Of a stretch of DNA of 64,000 bases, positions 50,567-59,241 are shown piece by piece. Position numbers and translations under genes: made by a program. Positions within the stretch are counted from its first letter, which is position 1; each line of letters starts with the position of its first letter. The notes under the pieces are model-generated. The model did no database searches and had not been told where the DNA came from. It saw only the letters and a program-made list of their open reading frames with translations. The DNA lies in the IMG/VR virus record IMGVR_UViG_3300042860_003408, positions 21,866 to 85,865 of that record; one strand, given 5' to 3'. Source of the DNA: a virus.

Positions 50567-51943
50567 CGTTGTTGCTTTTATATACATATATGCAAATTTG
50601 AGATTTCTTCAACATTTGCCTCTATATCTCGGCATCGCGGGGAAATATGGTTGGGATAGAAGTATTGCAATGGCTAGTTGCCTGCGTTCTATAGCATTTT
50701 TTCTCGGATTTGTCCCGAGCCAGTACCATAATAAAGGAATGTATATAGGAATGTTTCCTGTTTGGAAATTGCCTAAATCATAATTGATCTTATAGCGACT
50801 CTCATCTAGTTCCTTCTATTCTAATGTGATAGGGTGTCCTAAGTCTTGTAGTGCCCCTTGAAGTGCACGCATCAATGGATTTGATTCCATCTAGATCTAT
50901 TGTTTTCTATCGGGCCAGCTGACCGATAATTTTAATTGCGCTGGTATGTAGACTACTATCGTGTGACTACTTTTATTACATCAGGCAAGGATTACTCGCA
51001 AAGGCTATGAATTCACTTTTACTTTCATTGGTGTACCGCCGCTCCTTTGGACAGATTGGTAGGCTTGCTTTCATGTGTTCTGCTTGGCTTGCAGTACCTT
51101 ATGTATTCGGTAGTTGGTCCAAGGATTCACGACTCGTAATATTGAATTCAATTTATGGTTTTTTACAGTGTTTGACCATCCACTGACTTATTTTCTGCGT
51201 ATTGATTGCAGGACTCATACTTACCGAGACAGGGTAGTACTACGAAATTCAAATAAGATTTGCTTGATGTCTGGCTAGGACATCTGACGCTATACACGCT
51301 ATAGCAGCGGGGATTTTTTTTCTCGTCCCTAGAGTAACAATTTCGTTATGCATATTTTAGCCTGCAGGACGGCATTAACTGTTTCCATGATTGTTTCCGT
51401 GTTATAAATCAGTTAAACTCGAACACGTCGATTGCGCTAAGACCATTCAGGGGGTCACGTATTATTCCAAATACTACTAGCCGTCTCAGTTTTCTATATT
51501 TTACCCTCTATAGATTGTGCACACTTGACTGTGCGTGTAATTACATTCGCTACTTACTCCGAAGATTTCACTACTAGTGCATACAATTTTTCTGTATTTT
51601 TCAGCGCGGTTCCAAAGCCTACAACTGAATATTATGTCATTATTTTAGCTGACTTGCATTACCGCATAAATTCGCATCTCTCCATCTAAGGATCAGGGTG
51701 TTTTACGGACGTCTTCCCCTCGGTTTTGTTTAAAATTCTTTTTACCCGGCTTTTCCCTCTCAACTACTTGCGTTCATTGCATGGTTAAATCCAACTCCTG
51801 TTTTTTATCGACCTTTAAACTAGTTCGCCTGCTTGTTATTTCACTTGGCTCGTGACTGCTCCATGTCGCTGAACTCGCGCATTACTAATAATAAAATGAC
51901 ACCAAAGTGCCCGTGTCTTCCATTTCCACCATCCCTACTTCGC

Positions 51944-52019
51944 ATTCAGGACTGAGATTCGAACTCAGAAATATTATTTCATAACGATTTTTTGTCTAAT
52001 AGGCAGATTTATTCCTACT
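51944..52019 (-). ncRNA. tRNA-like element TL4
   Basis: Perfect T-arm CTGAG-TTCGAAT-CTCAG, TAGGA/TCCTG acceptor pairs, GA-CAAAAAA-TC loop. Confidence 0.5.
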
Positions 52020-52327
52020 GTGCTGCTCGCAACCCCATGTTGCGCATTGCTTCGGATCCTAACTTAAACTTTAATTGTTAATATGTATTTGATTACACTC
52101 TATTTAGTATTGCAGTCCATCTCATACTGCGGTCTTTAAGCCAATTTTGCCGATTGGTTTTAGGAATACTGTTCGACAAGCTTTTGTTCTTGTCTAGCCC
52201 AATTACATTTCTGCAATCTTATCAGTAGTTTTATCGTCCACTACAGCTTAGCGATGACGCGCATGTTAACCGTTTTATATAGCGCCATGCATTGGCTGCG
52301 CTCTCCTATTTTTCAACATAGGATAAT

Positions 52328-52687
52328 TTAGTTATCTTTTGTTTCAACAAGGACAAATTGTCCGTCATCTAACTTAAGATACATGTTTCCGTTATCTACA
52401 GGGATATATCCATCTTCTACATCAGAAGAACTGATATAGTCAATATTATTGAACGAGTCTTTATAACCGTCCAATTTCCTGTAAAGTTCAAATATTCTTG
52501 ATTTTGCTAATTTTATTTTTATAGCCAAGCTATCAATTGCCTTTTTCATGTTGACTGAAACCTCTTCTTCTTTAATGTAGGTAATTTCTACTTGATAGAG
52601 TGTTTCCAACTGGCCTCTTACGTATATATACGGTTTAATTCGCTTAGAAATACTAAGCATAGAATTTACAATTTCTATGTTTGTCAT
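52328..52687 (-). CDS. Hypothetical protein
   Basis: 119-aa ORF. Confidence 0.7.
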   Translation of the reverse strand: MTNIEIVNSMLSISKRIKPYIYVRGQLETLYQVEITYIKEEEVSVNMKKAIDSLAIKIKLAKSRIFELYRKLDGYKDSFNNIDYISSSDVEDGYIPVDNGNMYLKLDDGQFVLVETKDN

Positions 52688-52698
52688 ATTCTTGTATT

Positions 52699-53103
52699 TT
52701 ATATTAGCATTATCACTTCTGAAATATCCATCCCAGGCGCTACATCGAGCAATACTATCGGAACTGGCAATTCTTCAATTTGAGCAACTAATTGCTCTTC
52801 ATCTCCAGTGTCACTGTCTACGCATTTTTCATTATGCGTAATATTGTCAGCTACTACTGTTAACTCTCGAAGTTCAACAGGACCAAACTCTTCTACCACT
52901 GGCATTTCCTCCTCCAAAACAACAGGAGATTCTGGCATGTCAATTAGTAGTTTTTGTTGAAATACAATTGATTTCTCAATTATTTTTCCCTCTTTGTATG
53001 CAAAGACTTCTTTTTCAGGCTTACTTGCACCTATTCCTACTGTCAACCCAAACGAGAACGACATGAAGAATAATATGGTACTAATTATACCCTTTTTCTT
53101 CAT
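52699..53103 (-). CDS. Hypothetical protein with N-terminal signal/membrane anchor and acidic tail
   Basis: MKKKGIISTILFFMSFSFGLTVG followed by an E-rich region. Confidence 0.65.
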   Translation of the reverse strand: MKKKGIISTILFFMSFSFGLTVGIGASKPEKEVFAYKEGKIIEKSIVFQQKLLIDMPESPVVLEEEMPVVEEFGPVELRELTVVADNITHNEKCVDSDTGDEEQLVAQIEELPVPIVLLDVAPGMDISEVIMLI

Positions 53104-53953
53104 AATCTTTTCGTTTTAAAAGTTCATTTCGTTTTAACGGAGAGCAGTGCTTTATAATCGAATCGATTCTTCTGCATACTGCTGTTCTATCACTCAAACC
53201 TTCCACCTCGCTTATAAAACTAATAGTTTTAGGGTCGTTTATGTAATAGTTTTTCATTGAAGACACTTTTGATAGAGTATCAACCACCATCATAGGGCGA
53301 CCTTCTTTTTCAAGAGGCGTTCTTCTGTTGATAGAATCATTCATAATCAAAGCAACATCCATATCGCTCCACGATTTTAAATGCTTCTTAATTGACAAAA
53401 ATGCTTTTGGTGCGCCATCATTCAATAGCGTATTTACAATGTATCTATCCCATAACTCAAATGGTTCATGGTTTTTGTACGCTTCGCGGATCGCTATCCA
53501 CGCTTTTGCATTTGGTAAAGCAGATTTATTCATTGAATTGAATATCTCCACTGCCTCTGCAATGTTTTTTGTAAACGAATGTGACATCAAAAAATCAAGC
53601 TGCTTCTTTTCAGGGTATTGCTTGTAGTTATCTTTTGTTACACGTTCATTAATTGTTTCCACCGGGGTAAACTCAATTACTTGTTGAGCTCCCATTGTTA
53701 TCGCTCTCATGCGATCTGGACCTACGACAAGAGATAATAAATCCTTGTCTATTTCAGACGGCGCCAATGCTTTCGCAATATTTTCAACATTGTTTCCAAT
53801 AGTGAATTGTAAGGCAGCCGACAATACTAGATATACTGCGTCCATTTGTTTTTCTAGAAAATCCTTTTCTTTGGAGCTTCTAGCTTTCAAAAAACGTTTC
53901 TCTAGTAATGAATGAAATTCCAGCATTTCTTTTGCGGTCATTTCAAATTTCAT
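53081..53953 (-). CDS. Hypothetical protein
   Basis: 290-aa ORF with AGGAGG upstream. Confidence 0.75.
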   Translation of the reverse strand: MKFEMTAKEMLEFHSLLEKRFLKARSSKEKDFLEKQMDAVYLVLSAALQFTIGNNVENIAKALAPSEIDKDLLSLVVGPDRMRAITMGAQQVIEFTPVETINERVTKDNYKQYPEKKQLDFLMSHSFTKNIAEAVEIFNSMNKSALPNAKAWIAIREAYKNHEPFELWDRYIVNTLLNDGAPKAFLSIKKHLKSWSDMDVALIMNDSINRRTPLEKEGRPMMVVDTLSKVSSMKNYYINDPKTISFISEVEGLSDRTAVCRRIDSIIKHCSPLKRNELLKRKDYEEKGYN

Positions 53954-54025
53954 TTTTCCCTCCTTTTTTGATAAAAGTTAATAATTTTTTTAAGACATTC
54001 AATTCAGTAATTTTTGGCCAAAAAG

Positions 54026-54406
54026 TTAGCTAGAATTTATGTCTATCAGATCAGATCTTGCTGCGTGCTCGCCTGGTGGCGCTTTTGCATTAAGATTAAT
54101 CACTTGCGACTTATCATGACTTCTTGAAACGAAAGTCATGGTAAGCATAGAGTGTCTGTTTGAATAGGACTCCACTTTCGTATTTGTCTGCAACTTCACT
54201 GAGACTGCAGTATACTTAATGGTATTCTCGGGCAAGACAACATCTAAATTAGTTACTAAGGCAGATATAGCTAGTACATCTTTCTTCAGCTCTGCTAGTT
54301 TAACTTCATCAGAAGCTATTATTGCAGAACTATAACCAACCGCGAAAAAGCTAAGGAGATACACTAGTCTTACTAGCATTTCCCATGTTTGATACATCTT
54401 CTTCAT
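54026..54406 (-). CDS. Hypothetical membrane-anchored protein
   Basis: N-terminal hydrophobic segment; overlaps the 3' end of the sigma-factor gene. Confidence 0.6.
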   Translation of the reverse strand: MKKMYQTWEMLVRLVYLLSFFAVGYSSAIIASDEVKLAELKKDVLAISALVTNLDVVLPENTIKYTAVSVKLQTNTKVESYSNRHSMLTMTFVSRSHDKSQVINLNAKAPPGEHAARSDLIDINSS

Positions 54407-54956
54407 CTTTTTTGAAATTGTTGATTAGTTTTTTTCTTTGACGACTTATTGTCGCTTTTACAGTTCCAATGGAAACCTTTAACTCATCTGCAATTTGCTG
54501 ATAAGTATATTCTTTTCCATATCGAAGGTCCATAATACGCCTAGAAGACTCTGGCATATCATCAATAATCTCCTCTATCGAGGATCTTGATTGTTTATTA
54601 ATAAGGTCTTTTTCAGGATTAGAGTTATCGGTGTAAATAACCTCGAATGTCTCATCATCGTCAATACTTATATTGCTATTCTCAAGAGCGCCACTCCTGA
54701 TTTTATCAATAATCACATTGTTTGTAACCTTTTTAACCCACATCTCGAACGAAATATCCTTTGAATATTTATGAATATTTCTGAAAATTTTAGCTATTAT
54801 TTCAGACGAAATATCTTCTTCATCTTCATTGTTTTTAAATACATTTCGCACTAATCGCCTTACAACTGGCTCGTATTCTTTGTATAAAACTAAAAATGCT
54901 TTCTGATTGTTTGATTTTGCCAAGTCGACAAATTCTTTTGTTTCTTCTTTTGTCAT
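54351..54956 (-). CDS. ECF-type sigma-70 family factor
   Basis: Region 2 AFLVLYKEY...EDISSEI..KIFRNI..Y...FEMWVKKVTNNVIIDKIR; region 4 HTH YTYQQIADELKVSIGTVKATISR. Confidence 0.88.
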   Translation of the reverse strand: MTKEETKEFVDLAKSNNQKAFLVLYKEYEPVVRRLVRNVFKNNEDEEDISSEIIAKIFRNIHKYSKDISFEMWVKKVTNNVIIDKIRSGALENSNISIDDDETFEVIYTDNSNPEKDLINKQSRSSIEEIIDDMPESSRRIMDLRYGKEYTYQQIADELKVSIGTVKATISRQRKKLINNFKKDEEDVSNMGNASKTSVSP

Positions 54957-54972
54957 AACTGTTATTTTTGTA

Positions 54973-55050
54973 TCCTTATGCTATATTCCAAGCATAAGGC
55001 CTATCCGGCTTTAATTACCACCATAACCGGACGTAGTTTTCCTGGTGGGT
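54973..55050 (-). promoter_or_regulatory. H-type pseudoknot plus hairpin in the sigma-factor leader
   Basis: CCACCA/TGGTGG stem interleaved with TCCGGTT/AGCCGGA, followed by a CCTTATGCT..AGCATAAGG hairpin. Confidence 0.5.
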
Positions 55051-55055
55051 TTCCC

Positions 55056-55715
55056 TCATTTCTTTTCATTTAGAATTATTTTAGGGGTTGTTCTTCTCAT
55101 TTTAACTCTTCCAAATTCATTTAAATAGTATTCATTTCCAGTTTTTGCTAAATATGTAGCTTTTTTATCAACTTTCCATGCATTTTTCATTAAATTCAAA
55201 ACTCTATCTAGCTCCAAAGTACTTTTTGGTCTATTAGTCGTCTTTATTGGATTTCTAAATTGTTCATAACATATTGAGTATTTTGCTTTTTCTACAATAT
55301 ACTCATTTTTTTCAGAATCCCATGGAGCAGTTATATCCCACTCTATTACTTTATATATATCTGGATTGCGCCAAATATCAATAAATGATTCTTTCTTCAA
55401 GTTTGAGCAATAAAATTTACCCATAGATATTTTAGCCAGGGTTTTATTTATTAATGAAGCTCTTTTCTCGTTTGTCATACCAAAAAATAATGTCCATAAC
55501 TCATACTTATATTTTGAATTAAATAGGATTAATAAATCTGGTAAGTTTTCATCACTTAGTCCAAGCGATATTCTTTTGCAAGCGCGACTCCAATATTCCA
55601 TAAATATATGATGACTTTGCGGATACAATATCTGCATTGCAACTCTATATTTAACGTCCTCTGACATCCAAATAGGACACCACCCAGGATTATTTTTGTT
55701 ATTTTCCCAATACAT
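55056..55715 (-). CDS. Hypothetical protein
   Basis: 219-aa Trp-rich ORF. Confidence 0.7.
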   Translation of the reverse strand: MYWENNKNNPGWCPIWMSEDVKYRVAMQILYPQSHHIFMEYWSRACKRISLGLSDENLPDLLILFNSKYKYELWTLFFGMTNEKRASLINKTLAKISMGKFYCSNLKKESFIDIWRNPDIYKVIEWDITAPWDSEKNEYIVEKAKYSICYEQFRNPIKTTNRPKSTLELDRVLNLMKNAWKVDKKATYLAKTGNEYYLNEFGRVKMRRTTPKIILNEKK

Positions 55716-55897
55716 ATTGATTATGTTAGAATTAAAAAAATTTATATCTGCTTAATGCATATCTTTAATACGCCAACACTTCGTATGGATGCTAAAGGCG
55801 TTTATGAATTGAATTCACAAATGCCAATGTAAGCAATAGTTTAGCTAGAATATAAGCTCAATTGGCCAAAACATTTGGTTTCTTTGCTTATATTTCA

Positions 55898-56326
55898 CTA
55901 GAACGGTAATTCGTTCAACATAAATTCTTTTAAATCTTGTTCTTTTAACTTTTGATTAAAACACTCATTTCTTGCTAAATTCAGCAATGACTTCTTAGCA
56001 ATAGAATTACTAATTTGTCTTTCAAAAATAGAAAATAATAAATTTAACGACGCATCAAAACCCTTAAACTTATTCAATGAATTTAAATTAGACTTCAAAT
56101 TGCAAAACAGATTCCATTCGTTTTCATTTATAAGATTTACATTCTTAATCGTGTACCTATTATTTTTCCATAATTTAAGACCTTCAATCTTTTCTAATTC
56201 TTCAAGGTCATTGCTTTCCTTTAATGTGTAAATGTTTAGTCCTAAGTAATCATTATAACCATATGTATCGAATCTATGAATGTTTATATTCTTATTCTCC
56301 TGGTCAAATGTTGCTAAGACTACCAT
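55898..56326 (-). CDS. Hypothetical protein
   Basis: 142 aa, ends NELPF; TAATG coupling. Confidence 0.7.
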   Translation of the reverse strand: MVVLATFDQENKNINIHRFDTYGYNDYLGLNIYTLKESNDLEELEKIEGLKLWKNNRYTIKNVNLINENEWNLFCNLKSNLNSLNKFKGFDASLNLLFSIFERQISNSIAKKSLLNLARNECFNQKLKEQDLKEFMLNELPF

Positions 56327-56691
56327 TATGTTGCTTCTTTAAATAATAAATAGTTTAATGATTTCTTTCTCTTTATTATTGTCTCCAGTGCAGTATCTTT
56401 GCTTGACGATCGCTGAAATATATCTTTATTATGAGATAGTTCAACAATTGCTATTACATAGAAAATGTAATTTACTACTGGTATCAATGGTTTTAGTAAG
56501 GCCAAGAAAAAAGCCCATGTCTTGAACATTGTCCGTCCAAGCGCCTTTGCTTCTTTTTCCTTAAAACCTCTGTTTTTGTACGCCCATACCTTTTCCTCGA
56601 ACAATATTCTTAGGCAAGATATTGTTAGGTCTAAGTATAATATCACTATAGCGATATATACTCCTAAAAATGTAACTAATAATTCTGTCAT
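56326..56691 (-). CDS. Hypothetical membrane protein
   Basis: Two hydrophobic segments. Confidence 0.65.
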   Translation of the reverse strand: MTELLVTFLGVYIAIVILYLDLTISCLRILFEEKVWAYKNRGFKEKEAKALGRTMFKTWAFFLALLKPLIPVVNYIFYVIAIVELSHNKDIFQRSSSKDTALETIIKRKKSLNYLLFKEAT

Positions 56692-56930
56692 TTCTCTTTT
56701 TTTTAATTGTTTTTTATTTTGATAATAAAGTTTGCAATAAGACAGGATTTATGAGTTGTTCAAATAGATACCCCTTCTTAGGTGTCCACAAATTAGCATT
56801 GATAGGTTTGCTAGCACCTACCTTCCCGTCTACATATTTTCATAATCAACTAAGTCTTTTGTTTAGTCTAATTTGAATTCATCCTCCACCGACCACTTTT
56901 ATGCTTATGTAGTCTTTTCTTATTGCAATC

Positions 56931-57106
56931 GTAGGCAGTCACCGCATTGAAGGGTAGGCCCGAAGCCCGACTGCCCTAGAGCATGATTAACCAGCGTAAG
57001 CTAGTTCAACATACTCATTTCTGAATTGAATTGTTTTGTTGCCATTTATTGGCGTATATAGTCCTATCTATACCAATTCTGACGCCAATCAATACTATAC
57101 ACCCCC
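56931..57106 (-). ncRNA. ssrA: tmRNA coding piece (permuted gene); 3' end approximate
   Basis: Starts GGGGGTGTATAGTATTGA; ATAAAT-GGC resume context; tag frame 57043-56987 encodes GNKTIQFRNEYVELAYAG-TAA; downstream GGCAGTC/GACTGCC stem. Confidence 0.8.
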
Positions 57107-57349
57107 TTTTGTTATCTTATTCCCTGAAAATGAAAAACCTTTCATCCTTTTTATTTGTGAGCAAAAATCATTAAATGTTTTTATTTCATTTTTTGGTTTT
57201 TGTTCAATATAAAACAAATGAGAATAAAATCTATTTTCACCTTCACTAGAATATACTCCTACACAAATTACTTGAATATTTTTTATTTCTTCAAATAAAT
57301 TTTGTATCGACTCTTTTAGTGTAGCTCCATTGCATGTAATTGTCTTCAT
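57095..57349 (-). CDS. Hypothetical protein inside the tmRNA intervening segment
   Basis: 84-aa ORF; its last codons (GGG GGT GTA TAG) overlap the tmRNA 5' end. Confidence 0.6.
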   Translation of the reverse strand: MKTITCNGATLKESIQNLFEEIKNIQVICVGVYSSEGENRFYSHLFYIEQKPKNEIKTFNDFCSQIKRMKGFSFSGNKITKGGV

Positions 57350-57366
57350 TCTTAATTTTTAATTAG

Positions 57367-57437
57367 TGGAGGTGGGGCTTTCGAGGTCCCGTCTTGCTCG
57401 TCCATGATACAGCCTATTCCATTGCTGGTTTTTCGGG
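57367..57437 (-). ncRNA. ssrA: tmRNA acceptor piece (permuted gene); 5' end approximate
   Basis: ...TAGGCTGTATCATGGACGAGCAAGAC-GGGAC-CTCGAAA-GCCC-CACCTCC-A. CACCTCC pairs with GGGGGTG at 57106 and gives G3:U70. Confidence 0.8.
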
Positions 57438-57767
57438 CTATATTTCGTATAGTTTTAGGCCGACTCTTCTATTGATTTCATCAACAAGAGCATAGCCTAT
57501 CCTAATTCCATCAGTTACTGAAATAATAGTATCGTTGTCATGAAAATCCAATAACTGAACCTCGCGATTCACTATTGCTTTTAAGTCAGCATTACTGTAA
57601 TTTTTCAATAACTTATTTCGTAATTTCTTTTGCTTTTTAATGTCGCGTATTCTTACAACAACCTTGATTGAATTTGTAAAATTAGTGAACAGTTTTATTG
57701 TGGCAACAACTTCCTCTCTGCTATCGTTTGAGTGCAAAGATACTCGATTAAAATCTTCTTGCTTCAT
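57438..57767 (-). CDS. Hypothetical protein
   Basis: 109-aa ORF. Confidence 0.65.
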   Translation of the reverse strand: MKQEDFNRVSLHSNDSREEVVATIKLFTNFTNSIKVVVRIRDIKKQKKLRNKLLKNYSNADLKAIVNREVQLLDFHDNDTIISVTDGIRIGYALVDEINRRVGLKLYEI

Positions 57768-57883
57768 CTTATATTATTGATTAATAAATTTATTGTTTAG
57801 GGTACTCATGTTCACACACTTTCCCCATGGGCCGTTTGGTAACGACATCCACCAATTGACGATTTAACTGGCTGTACGATCGT

Positions 57884-58165
57884 CTATTTCGTTCGGTAAA
57901 TCCAATCGTATTTAAATGATTTACCTATTTCTGGTATTTCGTCTCTTTCCAGTCTTAATGGAAAGTTTACATATGCTCCAGAATTGTTTTTTGAATTAAA
58001 TTCTACTCTGGGCATTTCAAATACGTAAATTTCATTGTTTTTTGATATTTCTATCTTATTACATTCGATTTCAATTGGATTTTTTGCTGTAGTCCACCCA
58101 TGCTCTTCCATTAATTTTGAAAAAGACACAGATATTTTTTCTCCTGGGTTAATTTTTGTTTCCAT
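57884..58165 (-). CDS. Hypothetical protein
   Basis: 93-aa ORF. Confidence 0.65.
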   Translation of the reverse strand: METKINPGEKISVSFSKLMEEHGWTTAKNPIEIECNKIEISKNNEIYVFEMPRVEFNSKNNSGAYVNFPLRLERDEIPEIGKSFKYDWIYRTK

Positions 58166-58398
58166 TGACTAGTCTATTTCTTTTATTTTCACTCTGAAGA
58201 TTTGACCCTCAATTTCAAATTCATGCAACTCTCCATCTGAATTATTGAACTCTTCTTTGTCTAAACATTCAATTTTTGTTGCATTACATGCTTTTTTTAT
58301 TTCATCTGAATGAAACTGCAATACTTTTTCTAATTCCATGCAATTCACTTGTACATAATACGCCTGTATTTAATAATTTTTCTTTTGTCCACTTCATA

Positions 58399-58530
58399 TC
58401 AAATCCTTTCCTTTTTAGTGAATGGATTCATTTTTGGCTTTTTCTTGCCTTTTATAGCAATTATCTCCTTGGCAATAATCTCCTTTGTCCCAGGACCGGT
58501 TTTGTCTCTTAATCTAATTGTGTTTCCCAT
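58399..58530 (-). CDS. Small basic hypothetical protein (43 aa, not in ORF track)
   Basis: MGNTIRLRDKTGPGTKEIIAKEIIAIKGKKKPKMNPFTKKERI-TGA. Confidence 0.4.
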   Translation of the reverse strand: MGNTIRLRDKTGPGTKEIIAKEIIAIKGKKKPKMNPFTKKERI

Positions 58531-58569
58531 ATTGATTACAGAATTTGTTGTTTTTAACTATTTTAATTG

Positions 58570-58771
58570 TGGGGATAGCCAGAGTCGAACTAGCTATTTT
58601 AATCTTCTTTAATGCCTATATCTACAATTGCTTTTCGAAATCCAATTATGTTTATTTGCATTCAGGTGAGATTACGTGATTAGGGTATGCCTAGTCTTGC
58701 AAGTCGGCGAACAGTTATCATCTGTTCTCGGCCTTAGGCATAGATTTCCCCATCCATTTCACTCTATCCCC
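58570..58771 (-). ncRNA. tRNA-like element TL5 with large structured insertion
   Basis: Perfect acceptor GGGGATA/TATCCCC-A, T-arm GCTAG-TTCGACT-CTGGC and D-loop-like AAATGGA; long interior with TATGCCTA/TAGGCATA and GAACAG/CTGTTC stems. Confidence 0.65.
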
Positions 58772-58779
58772 GTATTTTG

Positions 58780-58861
58780 TGCCACTTTAGAGATTCGAAC
58801 TCATCAGTCCATTTCTGGTTTCCGGTTCCTTATTAGGGCTATCATCCCAATAAGTAGTGGC
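58780..58861 (-). ncRNA. tRNA-like element TL6
   Basis: GCCACT/AGTGGC-A acceptor, GAG-TTCGAAT-CTC T-arm, CTTATTGGG/CCCTAATAAG hairpin in place of the D-arm. Confidence 0.55.
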
Positions 58862-59241
58862 GTTTGGTTAAAGCAATGAAGACTAATTTACTATCACCTA
58901 TCATTAATAGAAGATTAAGATTTGCGCTTGCATCATTGCTTTAATTTTTGACTCTTATTTGCAGTTAGTATCATACTGTATAAGTCAATTTCAGTCCTTG
59001 CAGTGGAATAAATATTTGTACGTAGTTTTCTCCACATGGGAGGACGTGGCTCGATTAGTATTACGATTGCAATCTCTACAAACTATTTCACGCTCTTTTT
59101 ACATATTTACATCTAACAAACTAATCACCTGCATGTGATTGATAATTATATCACTAAGCTACATTCACACTTAAGTGAAGAGGCTATTCTTAGATTTTTC
59201 GTCCTTAATTATCTATTGCTTCAATCTGAAATTGATTTATT

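Larger units (their letters stand above)
50135..52327 (-). ncRNA. ~2.2-kb hairpin-rich region without credible ORFs (candidate large ncRNA or ncRNA cluster)
   Basis: Only two ~60-aa ORFs in six frames; visibly more GC-rich than the flanks; many short inverted repeats; includes TL4 and E6. Confidence 0.5.

Noticed and set aside
55010-55058. Stop readthrough or GGGAAAC frameshift stimulated by the pseudoknot
   Set aside because: The heptamer lies after the TGA, and readthrough meets TAA after about 14 codons without fusing to the sigma gene.
58795-58830. CTGATGA and GAAAC in TL6 suggesting a second hammerhead
   Set aside because: Only one hairpin lies between GAAA and CTGATGA, with no NUH triplet; the GTTCGAAT is better explained as a T-loop.
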